The position numbers and the translations under genes were made by a program. The notes under the pieces were generated by a model. That model was not told the origin of the DNA. It did not search any database and saw nothing but the letters and a program-made list of their open reading frames with translations. Shown here piece after piece: positions 63,192 through 64,000 of a stretch of DNA of 64,000 nt (position 1 is its first letter; each line of letters begins with the position of its first letter). The DNA is taken from the NCBI RefSeq assembly GCF_009914755.1, contig NC_060937.1. One strand, given 5' to 3'. This DNA comes from the human T2T-CHM13v2.0 reference genome, Homo sapiens.

Positions 63192-63269
63192 TGTAGTTCT
63201 GTGGCACAAGTTCTGGATTCTTAGGAATTTTCAACTTGTAGGATACATCTCCAATATTAACTGTATCAC
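63192..63269 (-). CDS. VWA8: VWA8 coding exon 2, (G)DTVNIGDVSYKLKIPKNPELVPQNY(I)
   Basis: tctctttttag|GT GAT ACA ... AAC TAC A|gtaaga; 78 nt, phase 1-1; terminal A plus TT of exon 3 gives ATT (Ile). Confidence 0.93.
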
Positions 63270-63396
63270 CTAAAAAGAGATTTTAAAAACAGAATAATTA
63301 TAAGAGACAAACGAGAAAACCATAGACTATGCAACAATGCTTGTCCTGACCTACAGAGAGGGATGTTACAGAAATGTACTACGCAGCTGTCTATAA

Positions 63397-63923
<527 letters not shown>

Positions 63924-64000
63924 TTTTTTTTTTTTTTTTTTTAAGACGGACTCTTATTCTGCCACCCAGGCTGGAGTGCAGTGATGTGATCTTGGCTCAC
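63924..64000 (-). mobile_element. Second Alu, head-to-tail with the AluY, truncated by the window edge
   Basis: poly(T) then agacggactcttattctgccacccaggctggagtgcagtg. Confidence 0.88.

Overview
Mammalian, almost certainly human, genomic DNA. The window lies inside VWA8 (KIAA0564; chr13q14.11 from memory), which is transcribed on the minus strand. Six coding exons (my numbering 2-7) splice into one uninterrupted frame encoding the N-terminal MoxR/midasin-type AAA+ module. Exon 4 ends at a non-canonical GC donor. The rest is intron, dominated by retroelements: a full-length solo LTR12C in sense to VWA8, a U6 retrocopy, about 17 Alus, and MER/Tigger DNA-transposon relics. There is also a 16-kb nested block in which an old L1M contains a near full-length L1MA8-like element. 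That element in turn contains an L1PA, a KARS1 processed pseudogene, Alus and Tigger4b. The most unusual structure is a ~245-bp inverted templated copy of the L1PA 3' end, TSD and flank, placed 1.05 kb downstream without a TSD or a new poly(A) tail. I found no evidence for a new multi-gene system. Nearly all ORFs in the supplied track are repeat-derived or chance frames. Repeat subfamily names come from recalled consensus sequences, not from a RepeatMasker run.
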